Shown here one piece after another: positions 1 through 9,930 of a stretch of 64,000 bases of DNA. Under the pieces are notes generated by a model, which saw nothing but the letters and a program-made list of their open reading frames with translations, was not told where the DNA came from and ran no database searches. Numbering within the stretch: the first letter of the stretch is position 1; each line of letters begins with the position of its first letter. This DNA is from Scenedesmus sp. PABB004 (Eukaryota). A program made the translations under genes and the position numbers. The stretch is taken from positions 1,116,001 to 1,180,000 of the forward strand of contig JABVCE010000004.1 in the NCBI GenBank assembly GCA_014905635.1, read 5' to 3'.

Positions 1-3000
1 GCTGCGAGGTCGGCCCCCACCGTCGCGTCGCCGGCGGCGGTCAGCGCGGCCAGCGCCAGCCGCAGCCGCTCCGCGGCCGCGGCCGGCAGCGCCGCGCCCG
101 GCCCCTGGCCCGGCGCCGCGCCCGGCGCGGCGCCTTGCCCCCGGGCGCGGAGCAGCCGCGCCTCCTCTACGGCCAGCCGGCGCCGGAGCGCCGCCGCGTG
201 CGCGTCCTTGCGCTGCAGGCGGCGCAGCCGGTTGCGGGCGTGGCGATCAGGGACCGTAGCGCCGGCGACCTCCCGCTGCAGGCCCTTGAGGGGTTCCTTG
301 CGCAGACGCACGGCCGCCTCGCTGGCATCCACGGCGGCGCGCAGGCGCTGCACCGCCGCCTCGAGCTTGCCCAGCTCGCGCGCCCGCTGCAGCTCGCGCA
401 GGCGCGGCTCCTGGGCGCTGGCGTCCAGCAGCTTGGGGGGCGCCGGCGGACGCTGGCCGCGGCTGCGGCTGCTGCTGCTGCTGCCGCTGCCGCTGCCCCC
501 GCTGCTGCCGTCCAGCGCCTCTGCCAGCGACTCGACGGCCGCCGCGAGCGCGCCGGCCGACGCCGGCTCCGGGGCCGCCCCGAGCGACGCGGCGCGGCGC
601 AGCATCGCCTCCAGCGCCGGCCGCGCCGCCGCGCCCTGCTGGGCTGCCAGCGAGTCCGCGAGCCGCGGCGCGCAGGCAGCAAACATGTGCTGTTGGCCGA
701 GCATGACGACAAAGTCGCGCGCGACGCGGCGCGCCATGGCGTCGGCGTCGCCCTCCCGGTACGCCAGGCCCTCGAGCTGCCGGGCCAGCGCCGCGCGCCA
801 GGCGTCGTAGGCCGCGTCGTGCTGCTGCCGCGCCGCCGCGCCCGCGCCGTGCGCCAGCGGCTCCGACGGCTGCGGCACGAGCGGCGCGCCCCCTGCCTGC
901 GCGCCCGCGTCCGGCGCGCGCGGCATGCCGCTCCGCGCCCAGTCGAGCACGCGGCCGTGCTTGCCGGCCGCCTCGTCCGACTCCCAGCGCTGCAGGCCGG
1001 GCGTCGCCTGCGCCCCTGCCGCCTGGCGCGTGCGCGCCGCGCCGGCCGCGGGCGCGCGCGCCTCGCCGTCCGCCGCCGCCGGGAAGGGCTGCTCCAGGTG
1101 CAGGCGCATCCGCGCGAGCATGTCGCGCATCATCGCCATGGCCAGCCGCAGCCGGCCGGCGTCCTGGCCGTCGCCCGCCGCTGCGGGCACCACGCCCTCG
1201 CCCGGCTGCAGCACGCCCTGGCGCTCCCAGAGCAGCGGCGACGCGCTGTACAGCAGCGCCGCGCCGCCGGCGATGAGGCAGTCGCGCGCGGCGCGGCTGG
1301 GCGTGCCGGCGCAGCCCGCGGCAAACCACGCCTGCAGGGCGGCGGCGTCGAGCGCCTTCTCCAGGCGCTGGCCGTCAGCGAGGTGGAGCTGCATGTTGGT
1401 GTTGTACAGCTCCGCGAGAGGGTTGAGCAGGTGGTGGTGCAGGGTTCCGGTCACCCAGGCCGGCAGGGGCACGCGCTGCAGCTCGTTGACGCCGCAGGCC
1501 TGCTCCAGCGCGTGGCGCAGGTCGCTGGACAGGCCGCCGCCAACGCGCCGCCAGTTGCCCTGGCTAAAGAAGTTCATCAGGTCGTACACGAGCGGCGCGC
1601 CGCCGCACGCGGCCTGCAGGTAGCAGGCGCACGCGGGCGGCGGCGGCGCCGGCTGCTGGGCTGGCGGCGCTGCGGGCGGGGGCTGCTGCTGCTGCGGGCC
1701 CTGCTCCTGCGCCGCCGGCTGCGGCGGCGGCTGGCGCGTGTCCAGCCCGTACAGCCGGCTGCGCAGCGGGCGGGCGGGCGGGCGGGCGGCGCGACTCGGC
1801 GGGCGGCGCGGAGGAGGGGGCGCAAAGCGCGCGGGCGCGCCCCACCCGCGCGCGCGCGCACCTCGCCCCATACACGAGCGCCACGTGGTGCGCGTCGCGG
1901 CCGAGGATGCCCAGCCGGCTGTAGGCGCACACGAGCGCCTCGAGGTAGGGGACCACCTCTGGCTTGCGCACGGCGCCGCGCAGCGCGCAGACGCGCACGC
2001 CTGAGGCGGGCGGGCGGGCGGGCGGGCGAGGGCAGGTGAGGGGGGCGCGGGCAGGGCGCGGGGCGGCGGCGGCGCAGGGTGCCGAGAGAGCGGCCCGGCG
2101 GCCCGGCAGCGCGCCGCGCGGCGGGCACACTCACGCATGCCAGAGCCGGCCGCTGCCTTTTTGGCCTGCTCGGTCTGTTGTTTCCTGCGCTTGGCGAAGT
2201 GCCGCGGCAGCGCCTGCTGCTGCCGCCGCCCTGCCTTGTCGCCTGCCTCGGCCGCCGCTGCACCGCGCGCGGGCGAGCCGCGCCCCGACGCCTCGTCGGC
2301 GCCGCGCGAGCGCTTGCGGCGGCCGCGCGGCGCCGCCGCCGCGCCGCCGCGCGAGCGCGCGCGGCCGCCGCCGCGCGAGGGCGTGCGGCCGCCGCGCGTC
2401 GCGGCCTTGGCGCTGCCGCGCAAGCGCGCGCGGCCGCGGCCGCGGCTGCGGCGCTGCGCCGCGTCGGCGCCGCGCGCGCGCTTCGCCGCCGGGCCGCCCT
2501 CCTCCTCATCGCTGCTGGCCGCGGCGCTGCCGGCGGACCAGCCGACGCTGGCGGCGGGCGCCGAGAGCACCGCCGCCATCGCCGCCGCGCGGGCGGCCTC
2601 GCCGCGGGCCTGCGCGTGGCGGCGCAGCGCCTCCCAGTCGGCGCCGCTCACGGGCTGCGCCGCGCGCTCGGCGGGGTCGATGCCGCGCGCGGGCGGGGGG
2701 CCCGGGGTGCCCCCGCCGCTGCGCGCGCCGCTCGTGCCGCCGCCGGTGCTGCTGCCGGCGCTGCCGCCGGCGCTGTCGCTGCGCGCGCGGCTCGTGCCGC
2801 CGCCGCTGACGCTGCCACTGCGCGCGCCGCTCTGGCCGCTCTGGCCGCCGCCGCTGGCGCCGCCGCCGCGGCGCGCGTGCTTGGCGTCGTAGCTCGCGCG
2901 CTGCTTGGAGCGCCGCACGTCCTCGTCGGACGGCCCGGCCGCCTCGGCGCGCGCCTTGGACGCGTCGAGCTCCGCGCGGCGCTCCACCGGCTTCTCCCAC

Positions 3001-4372
3001 GCCGCGTCGATGGCGGCGGCGGTCGCGGCGCGGCGGCGGCGGCGGCTGCTGCTGCTGCTGCTGTCGCTGTTGCTGGTGCCCAGCGGCGCCGCGGCGCCGT
3101 TGCCCTTGCCGCGGCGCTCCTTGCGCCCGAGCTGCTGCGGCTGCAGCGGCTGCAGCGGCTGCAGCGGCTGCAGCGGCTGCCGCGGCTGGCCCGCCGCCGG
3201 GCCGCCCTCCTCGTCGCTGCTGTCCGCGGCGAGCTCCGCGGCGCGCGGCGCCGCCTCCTGCAGCCGCTGCTGCGCCGGCGCGCCGCGCGGCGGCTCGCGC
3301 ACCTGCTGCAGCTCCGCCGGCGCGCCGCGCGGCGGCGGCCTGCGTGCCGGCACCACCGCCGCCCAGTGGTTGAGCGGCAGCGGGTTTTGCGCCCCGAGCA
3401 CGGGCGCAAACTCCGGCGCCGCGGCGGCCGGCAGCGCGAGCGCCACGAGCCGGTTGCCCTCGCTCGCCTGGAACGCGTCGCCCTGCTCCTGCAGGGCGAT
3501 GAGGAGCGTGTCAAGGCTGTAGACGTCGGTCAGGAAGACCAAGTCTGCCAGGCGCATGCACAGCGCCCGCAGCTCAGCCTCGCTGGGGTAGCCCCCGGCC
3601 TCCAGGTCTCGCGCCAGCTCCTCCACGGCGTCCGCGCCGGCCACGCCGAGCACATCGCGCCAGGGCACGCCGCTCGGGTGCAGCTGGTCGCTCAGGCCCA
3701 GCTCGCGGATGAGCTCCACCGTCCGCGACCGCAGCTCGCCCGCCTGCTCGTCCAACATGTCCAGCACGTCGGGTTCGAAACTGCGCAGGTCGTGGGTCGG
3801 CTCCTGCAGCTCCGCCGCCTCCAGCATGCGCAGCACGGCAATCGCAATGAGGGAGAACCCGCACAGGCCGTTGGCGCGGCCGTGCACGAGCGCGTACCCC
3901 TTGTCCTCCAGCTCGCGCTTCAGCAGCGCGAGCTGCGCGCCGGTGCACGTGCCCGCCGGCGCCATGAGCTTCGGCGGCGCCCGCGCCGGCGCGCCGCGCG
4001 GCGCGGCCGCCGGCGGCTGCCGCTGCTGCGGCGCCACGGGCGGCGGCGGCGCCGGCGCCGGCACCGGCGCGTCGTCCGGCCGCGGCGCCGGGCTGCCGCC
4101 GCGCCAGCCGCTCCCGCTGCCGCTCCTGCTGCTGCTGCTGGGCCCGGGGCTGCCCCTGCCGCCACCGCCGAGCGCGGCTGCGCGGCCAGGGCCCGGCCCG
4201 CGCGCGGCGGGCAGCGCGCCGCCGCCGCCGCCGCCGCCGCCGCCGGGGGGCGGCGCGCGCGCGCCACGGTGCGCCACGGCGGCGACGCGTCGCTGGGTTG
4301 CTGCCCCTGCTGCGGCGGCGGCTGCGGCGGGCTGCGGCTGCGGCTGCGCCCGCCGCACGGGGCGGGCACGCC

Positions 4373-4411
<39 letters not shown>

Positions 4412-5025
4412 GTCGCCAAGCGTAAACACCGCCGCCTGCTCATCGGGCGTGAACCCGATGTCCCAAACCCCGGCGGGGTCTCGGGAGGCGCGTGCTTGGC
4501 GCGGTGCCGCGACGCGGCCTGCAGCGCGGCCGGGGCCAGCGCGTGCGTGCACGGGAGCAGCATCATGGTGCCCGGCGCCGGCGCGCCCCAGGTGGAGAGG
4601 GCGCCGTAGAAGTCGCGGCACTGAGCACAGTCGTGCCCCGGCAGGTCCTGGCGCGCCGGCCCGCGCACCACCTCCTGGTACGCGAAGCCGCCGGCAGCGG
4701 GCGGCTGCCGCGGCGCCGACGCGCCCGCGCGCTGCTGCTGCTGCTGCTGGTGCTGGTGCTGCTGCGGCGGCGGCGGCGGCTGCAGCCAGTCGTCCTCCGC
4801 CGGCCCGCGATACGCGCGGTGCCAGCCGGCGCCCGCCGGCGGCGGGCGCGGCTGCGCTGGCGCCGCCGGCTGCGGCGCGCCCCAGTTCAGCACCGGCAGC
4901 GCGAGAAGGCCGGCGGGCGCCACGGGGTGCGCGGGATCGGCCTGAGCCGGCGCGCCGGCGCGCTGCTGCGCCTCCTGCTGCCCGCCGCCGATCGGCGGCG
5001 GCGGCGGCTCCGGCTCCGGCTCCAT
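1..5025 (-). CDS. Large multi-domain protein, 3'-truncated by the window edge: N-terminal CtIP/Sae2 (COM1)-type motif, OTU-like Cys-protease module, low-complexity linker, then Fanzor1-like N-terminal/REC region
   Basis: ATG at 5025. Sae2 motif FAYQEVVR..LPGHDCAQCRDFY..SRHR..PPETPPGF/WDIGF (4686-4450). OTU-like GYALVHGRANGLCGFSLIA..NHWAAV (3900-3350). GT-AG introns 2134-2001 and 1861-1759 join in frame (M-R-VRVCALRG..; ..YGAS-RLYGLD). Last exon 1758->1 is open with no stop seen. Joining the 5' part needs two single-base frame corrections (4465-4467 and about 4245-4250) or an intron. Confidence 0.6.
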
Positions 5026-5441
5026 GGCGCCCAGCGCGCCCTCAACCGAGGCCGTGGCGCCTGACGGCGGGGCGGCGCGGCGCGGCGCGGGGCGGCGCGG
5101 GGCGGCGGCATGAATCTTCCGGAACGCGGCGGAGTGCGCGATCCGAGCGGCCGCGACGCACGCACCACACACGCGCCTCACAGGCTGCCCATCGCGGCGG
5201 CGCCGGCTTGGGCTGCCAGCAGCGCGCGCGCCCCAGTCGCCCGATCGACCGGCTGTGCATCGCGGGAGGCTCTCGCCGGGCGCGGGTGACCGCTGCGTGC
5301 CTCCGACCGTGCACGATCTGGTGCCCAAGCGCCGCGCACCGGATTGTGCAGACGGTCGCGGCGTGCCGCCCTGAACCGCCGAGCAGCCCCGACGGCGTCG
5401 GGGCTGCTCCAGGGCGCGAAGCGCATGAGGGGAGCTACCGC

Positions 5442-6311
5442 ATGCGGATGATGCGCAGGGTTGCTCAGGCATCCGCATTTGCCTCATTGATCTGCGCAAG
5501 TGCTCAACCGCCCGGGCGCCAGACCAGCCGCTCGACGTGCCGCCGCGTCGGGGGCGGGCACTGTCCCCGGGACAGCCCGGCGTGGCCGCCACGCCGGGCG
5601 TGCTGGGTGGCGCCCCCGGGGGCATGCGCTCACCGTAGCGCCGCCCGGGGCCTGGTCAACGCGGTCGGCTACTACGCGCCCTCCACCTCGGCCGGCTGCG
5701 GCTCGAGCATCAACGCGGGCCCGCTCTGCGGCGGGCTGCCCAACAGGCTGGCCAAGCGCATCAACTCCACCCGCTCGCTCGACCAGACCTGGTGCACGGG
5801 CTGCCGCGACCTGCGCTTCTTCTGCCAGACCTCCGTGAGCCAAGCTGCGACTGCCGGCATCGCCTACCCGGCCGAGCAGCTCTGCGTGCGCTGGGCCGAC
5901 GCGCCCGCCAAGAGCTGCGACTCGCTGCCGCCGCCCGAGACGCTGCCCCCCAACGCGCGGCCCTGGCCGGAGCTCTGTCTTTTCATCCAGGACCAGGGCC
6001 TCTGCGCGACGCGCTGCAAGGCGGGCTACACGGGCACGCCGACGACGCTCTGTGACAACGGCTCGTGGCGCCTGCCGGCCCAGGGCGCGTGCGTGCAGGC
6101 GAGCTGCGACCCGCTGACGACGCCGCCGGTCAACGGGCGCTGGCCGCTGCGCTGCCGCACGCCGGACAAGCGCGTGCCGCTCGGCGCGTCGTGCACGGCG
6201 CGCTGCAACAACGGCACCATCCCCTTCCCGGCCGCGGTGAGCATCTGCAAATCCAACGGCACGCACGCGAGCTGGTTTGTGCAGGCTGGCACGTGCAAGG
6301 CCTCACCCTGA
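5442..6311 (+). CDS. Cys-rich, probably secreted protein with two sushi/CCP-like modules
   Basis: 3' end of ORF 2079..6311. Cys/Trp spacing C..PP..NA..W..C..C..C..GY.G....C.NG.W....G.C occurs twice. Weak hydrophobic N-terminus after ATG 5442; start and possible intron uncertain. Confidence 0.55.
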   Translation: MRMMRRVAQASAFASLICASAQPPGRQTSRSTCRRVGGGHCPRDSPAWPPRRACWVAPPGACAHRSAARGLVNAVGYYAPSTSAGCGSSINAGPLCGGLPNRLAKRINSTRSLDQTWCTGCRDLRFFCQTSVSQAATAGIAYPAEQLCVRWADAPAKSCDSLPPPETLPPNARPWPELCLFIQDQGLCATRCKAGYTGTPTTLCDNGSWRLPAQGACVQASCDPLTTPPVNGRWPLRCRTPDKRVPLGASCTARCNNGTIPFPAAVSICKSNGTHASWFVQAGTCKASP

Positions 6312-6686
6312 TCGGCCCGCTGGCGCGTGTCGGCGGCGGGCGCTCGCGCCCGGCGGCGGCGTGTGCTGCCGCTGGGCTGCCTCTGCCGAGCTCTGCGCGA
6401 ACGAGTACTCAGTTGGGTGTTGCGGGGGGCTGCACTCTGTGCGTCCGCGCTGCGCATGCTGCGGCCCCGCCGCCGCGGTGGCTGCGCGCGCTGCCACCGC
6501 TCCTTATGTGAACGCATGTGAACGCACGAGCTCTATTACGGACTCCCGCGCTGCGGGCTGCTGCTGGGACTACACTGCCCTCTGCCCGCGCCATGCTGAC
6601 GACCGCACGCGCTGGGTTTTTACTCGCACGCGGGGCTTCTCCTCGCACCTCCCGCCTGCCTCATAGGCGCCATCCCGCAGCGCAGC

Positions 6687-7135
6687 ATGGCCCCCACCAC
6701 CCGCGCCCTGGCGGCGCTGCTGCTGGCCTCCATGCTCGCCGCCGCCGCGAGCGCCGCGCCGCTCACCTGCTCGTCCGCCAAGGCCCTCGGCGGCGGCGGC
6801 TGCGACGCCCTTTGTTCGTGCGTTTCGAAGTCGCCAGAGGTGAGGCGCGACTCTCTCAGCGGCCCCCCGCAGCGGACGCCGGCGCGGCCGAGGCGCCCGT
6901 CGAGCGCGGCCGCAAACGGCGCGCCGCCGCCGCCGCCACGCAGTACGCCAACTCGGGGCGCGCGCTGTCCGAGTGCACAGACCCGTGCGCCGCCTGCGCC
7001 GCGGCCCGGGCCCTACATCGCCTTCTCAAACCTCAAGTGGCTGCCCCAGGTGATGACTGGCCGCCACCCCCGCGCCGCGCCGCCCAGCCCCGCCCACCGC
7101 GTGGCGAGCGAGGCCGGAAGGCAGTGGCGCGCTGA
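6687..7135 (+). CDS. Small secreted Cys-rich protein (about 115 aa)
   Basis: Clear signal peptide MAPTTRALAALLLASMLAAAASA. Exon 1 6687-6839, intron GTGAGG..CAG 6840-6943, exon 2 from 6944 (YANSGRALSECTDPCAAC). 3' end uncertain. Confidence 0.55.
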
Positions 7136-7244
7136 TGCAGGCGCTGCGCGGGTGCGCTCGGGCGGGGGCCGCTCGCCTGGGCGAGCAGCAGCAGGCACTT
7201 GCTGCCGCGCCCTTGGGTGCCCTCAAAAGCCGAGCGCGGGCCCC

Positions 7245-9349
7245 ATGCGCGCTCTCGCCCGCGCGCCGACCCGCAGGCGCGCCAGCCGCGCCGCCGGTGC
7301 CGCGCCAGCGGCGCGGCAGCAGCAGCGCCGCCCGCGCGTCGCCGCCGCCCGGGCAGGCACCAGCGGCACCAGCAGCAGCCCCAGCAGCAGCAGCAGCAGC
7401 AGCAGCGTGAGCCTCGCGCCGTCGTTCACGACCTTTGACGACGACCTCGAGCACAGCTGCGATTTCTGTGAGCGCCCTGCGGCGCCGCCGCGCCGCGGCG
7501 CCGCCGCGCCGCCGCGCCGCCGCGCCGCGGCCCGCGCCCTCGCCCACACAACGCGCGCCGCAGACGACTGGAAGTGGGGCAGCAAGATCAGCTACGTCCG
7601 CGCCGGGCGCAAGGGCCCGCCGCTGCTGCTCGTGCACGGCTTTGGCGTGGGGGCTTACCACTTTGAGCGCAACCTGCCGGAGCTCTCGCGCAGCCACCGG
7701 GTGAGCCGCGGCGGGCCGGCGCGCGCGTCGCGGGGCGGTCGCAGCGAGGCGCGGCGGCGGCCGACCCTGCCCCCCGCCGCACCGCGCAGGTGTTCGCGAT
7801 CGACCTCCTTGGCCAGGGCGGGAGCTGGCCGGATTTGCCCGAGTGCGCGGAGAGCGGGCCGCTGCGCTTCAGCGCGGACACGTGGACCGAGCAGCTGCTG
7901 CACTTCATTGAGGAGAAGGTCGGAGAGCCGGTCTACATCGCGGGGAACAGCCTGGGTGCGGCGGCGGCGGCGGGGGCGGCCAGCGGCGCGGCGGCCCAGC
8001 GCCTCGCGGGCAGCCGCAGCGCGCCCCGACGACGCGCGGCCGCCGCGCGCGCAGGCGGCTTCCTGGCGGTCAACCTCGCGGCGCGGCACCCCGAGGCGGT
8101 CAAGGGCGTCGTGCTGCTCAACTCGACGCCCTTTTGGTCGTCGCGCCCGCCGCTGGGGCGCGAGGGCCCCATCTGGCGGCTGCTCCCGTGCGGCGTGCTC
8201 CCGGTGCCGCAGGTGCGCGCCGCGTTCCCGCCGCCACGCGGTCCCGCACCCCGCGCCGCGCCGCGCGGTCCCGCGCCGTTGCCCACGGCCGCCGCCGCCG
8301 CCGCCGCCGCACCCGGCGCACCCGCCGCCGTCAGTCGCTCAAGTCCCTCATCGAGCGGCTCTGGTGGAACCGCATCCGCAACCCCTCGACCATCCGCTCG
8401 CTGCTGCAGCTCGTCTACGCGCGGCCGTCGACGATCGACGCGCGCCTGCTGGACCGCATCCTCGCCGCGACGGAGCGCCCCCAGGCGCTCGACGCGTTTG
8501 CGAGCATCGCGCTCGCGCCCCGGACGGAGCTCAGCTTCGACGAGATGCTCGACGCGCTCACCTGCCCTGTGTGCCTCGCGTACGGTGCGCGCCGAGGCCC
8601 GCGAGCGCCGCGAGGCGCCGCCCCCCGAGCCGCACGAGCGGCGCGCGGGGGCCCGGCGGGCGGGGCACCCGCGCCGCGCGCGCCGCGCGCGGCGGGCGCG
8701 GCCCACACGGACGCCCCGCGCCGCAGGCTCCCAGGATCCGTGGGTCGTGCCGCTGTGGGGGCAGCGCCTCAAGCGCCGCGTGCCGTCGGCCGCGTACCTG
8801 GAGCTCTCGCCCGTGGGGCACTGGTGCGCCGCCGCCGGGCGGGGCCGGAGGGGCGCGGGCCGGGGCCGGGCCATGCGAGCGTCCCGAGGCCGCCGCTTGC
8901 CGACGCGCGCACGCCCCGCGCGCCCCGCGCGCAGCCCGCACCACGAGGCGCCCACCGCTGTCAACCACATCATCACCACCTGGGTCGCCGCGGTCGAGGC
9001 GGGCGAGCACGAGTCCCACGAGCTGGTGCAGGTGCGGCCGCCAAGCGCGCGCCCGCGGCGCCGTGCCGCGGTGCCGGCTTGCGCGCCGCGCCGCGAGCGC
9101 GGACGGCCGCCGCGCGCCGTCCCACTCAGGCGCGCGGCGCCGCCGGCGCTCGCTCGCACGTGCGCGCGCGCGCAGGTCGGGTCGCAGCAGCAGTTTGTTG
9201 AGGACAGGCTCGATGGCGCGGTCATCACGGTCACGTGCCTCGACGGCTCGCCGCGCAACGCGTTTGAGCGCGAGGACGCCGCCAAGTGGCAGCTCGCGCG
9301 CGCGCTGCGCGCAAGCCGCGGCGCCGGCGGCGGCCAGCCCGCGGCGTGA
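7245..9349 (+). CDS. PPH: Pheophytinase (pheophytin pheophorbide hydrolase), alpha/beta hydrolase with plastid transit peptide
   Basis: Spliced motifs LLVHGFGVG, AIDLLGQG, EPVYIAGNSLGG (nucleophile), LLNSTPFW, DPWVVPLWG, GHCPHHE. About 8 GT-AG introns. Ser/Ala/Arg-rich N-terminus. Confidence 0.85.
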
Positions 9350-9930
9350 GCCGCGGCGCGGGCGCGTGTACAGCAGTTTTTTTCCTCGTGAGCGAGTGGC
9401 GGTGTCGTTGGCGTGCTGTTTGTCTGGTCGTGATTGGCGCTGTGGTTGGCGATGAGCGGCGAGCGACCGCGGCGGGCTGCAACCGCGCGACGAGCAGCGC
9501 GGCGCTGACCGGGCCGCCGCACCAAGAACCCTGGCCAGCCCGGCTGCTCGCGTCCCGCGCGCCGATCGCGTTCCACTAGCCTGCCACCGGCCTGGCCTGC
9601 CGGACACCCAGGGGGTCGCACGAGCGCGCAGGCAAGGCGGAGATCGCACTCGGTGCTGCTGCCCTCTCCGCCTGCCGCACCGTGGATCGCGCGGGTGCGG
9701 CTGCGGTGTCGCTGCATTGGGTCAACCCGCTCGCGCCCACCGCCGCTGGGCCGCGCGGCCGGTGCAGCGCGCGCGGGGGTCGGTTGCGGCATTGCCGGAG
9801 CCAACTTCCCGCGCGTGGGAGCCGTCTCGTGCCCCAGCACCGCGCCCCAGCGCGTCTCTATCGCGTGAAGGAGCTGACGCGATCCCTGCGCCCGCCCGCA
9901 GAGCGCCGCTGAGCTCGCGCGCCTGCCGAG

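Noticed and set aside
135..2039. Long Ala/Arg/Gly/Pro-rich ORFs on both strands (e.g. 135..2039+, most of 2079..6311+, 12685..14889-, 54173..57466-)
   Set aside because: Stop-codon scarcity at very high GC; they are antisense or off-frame shadows of real spliced genes and have no domain motifs.
1..5440. Transposon ends (TIR/TSD) or transposase around the Fanzor-like gene
   Set aside because: None recognisable; the other end is outside the window, so no mobile element is annotated.
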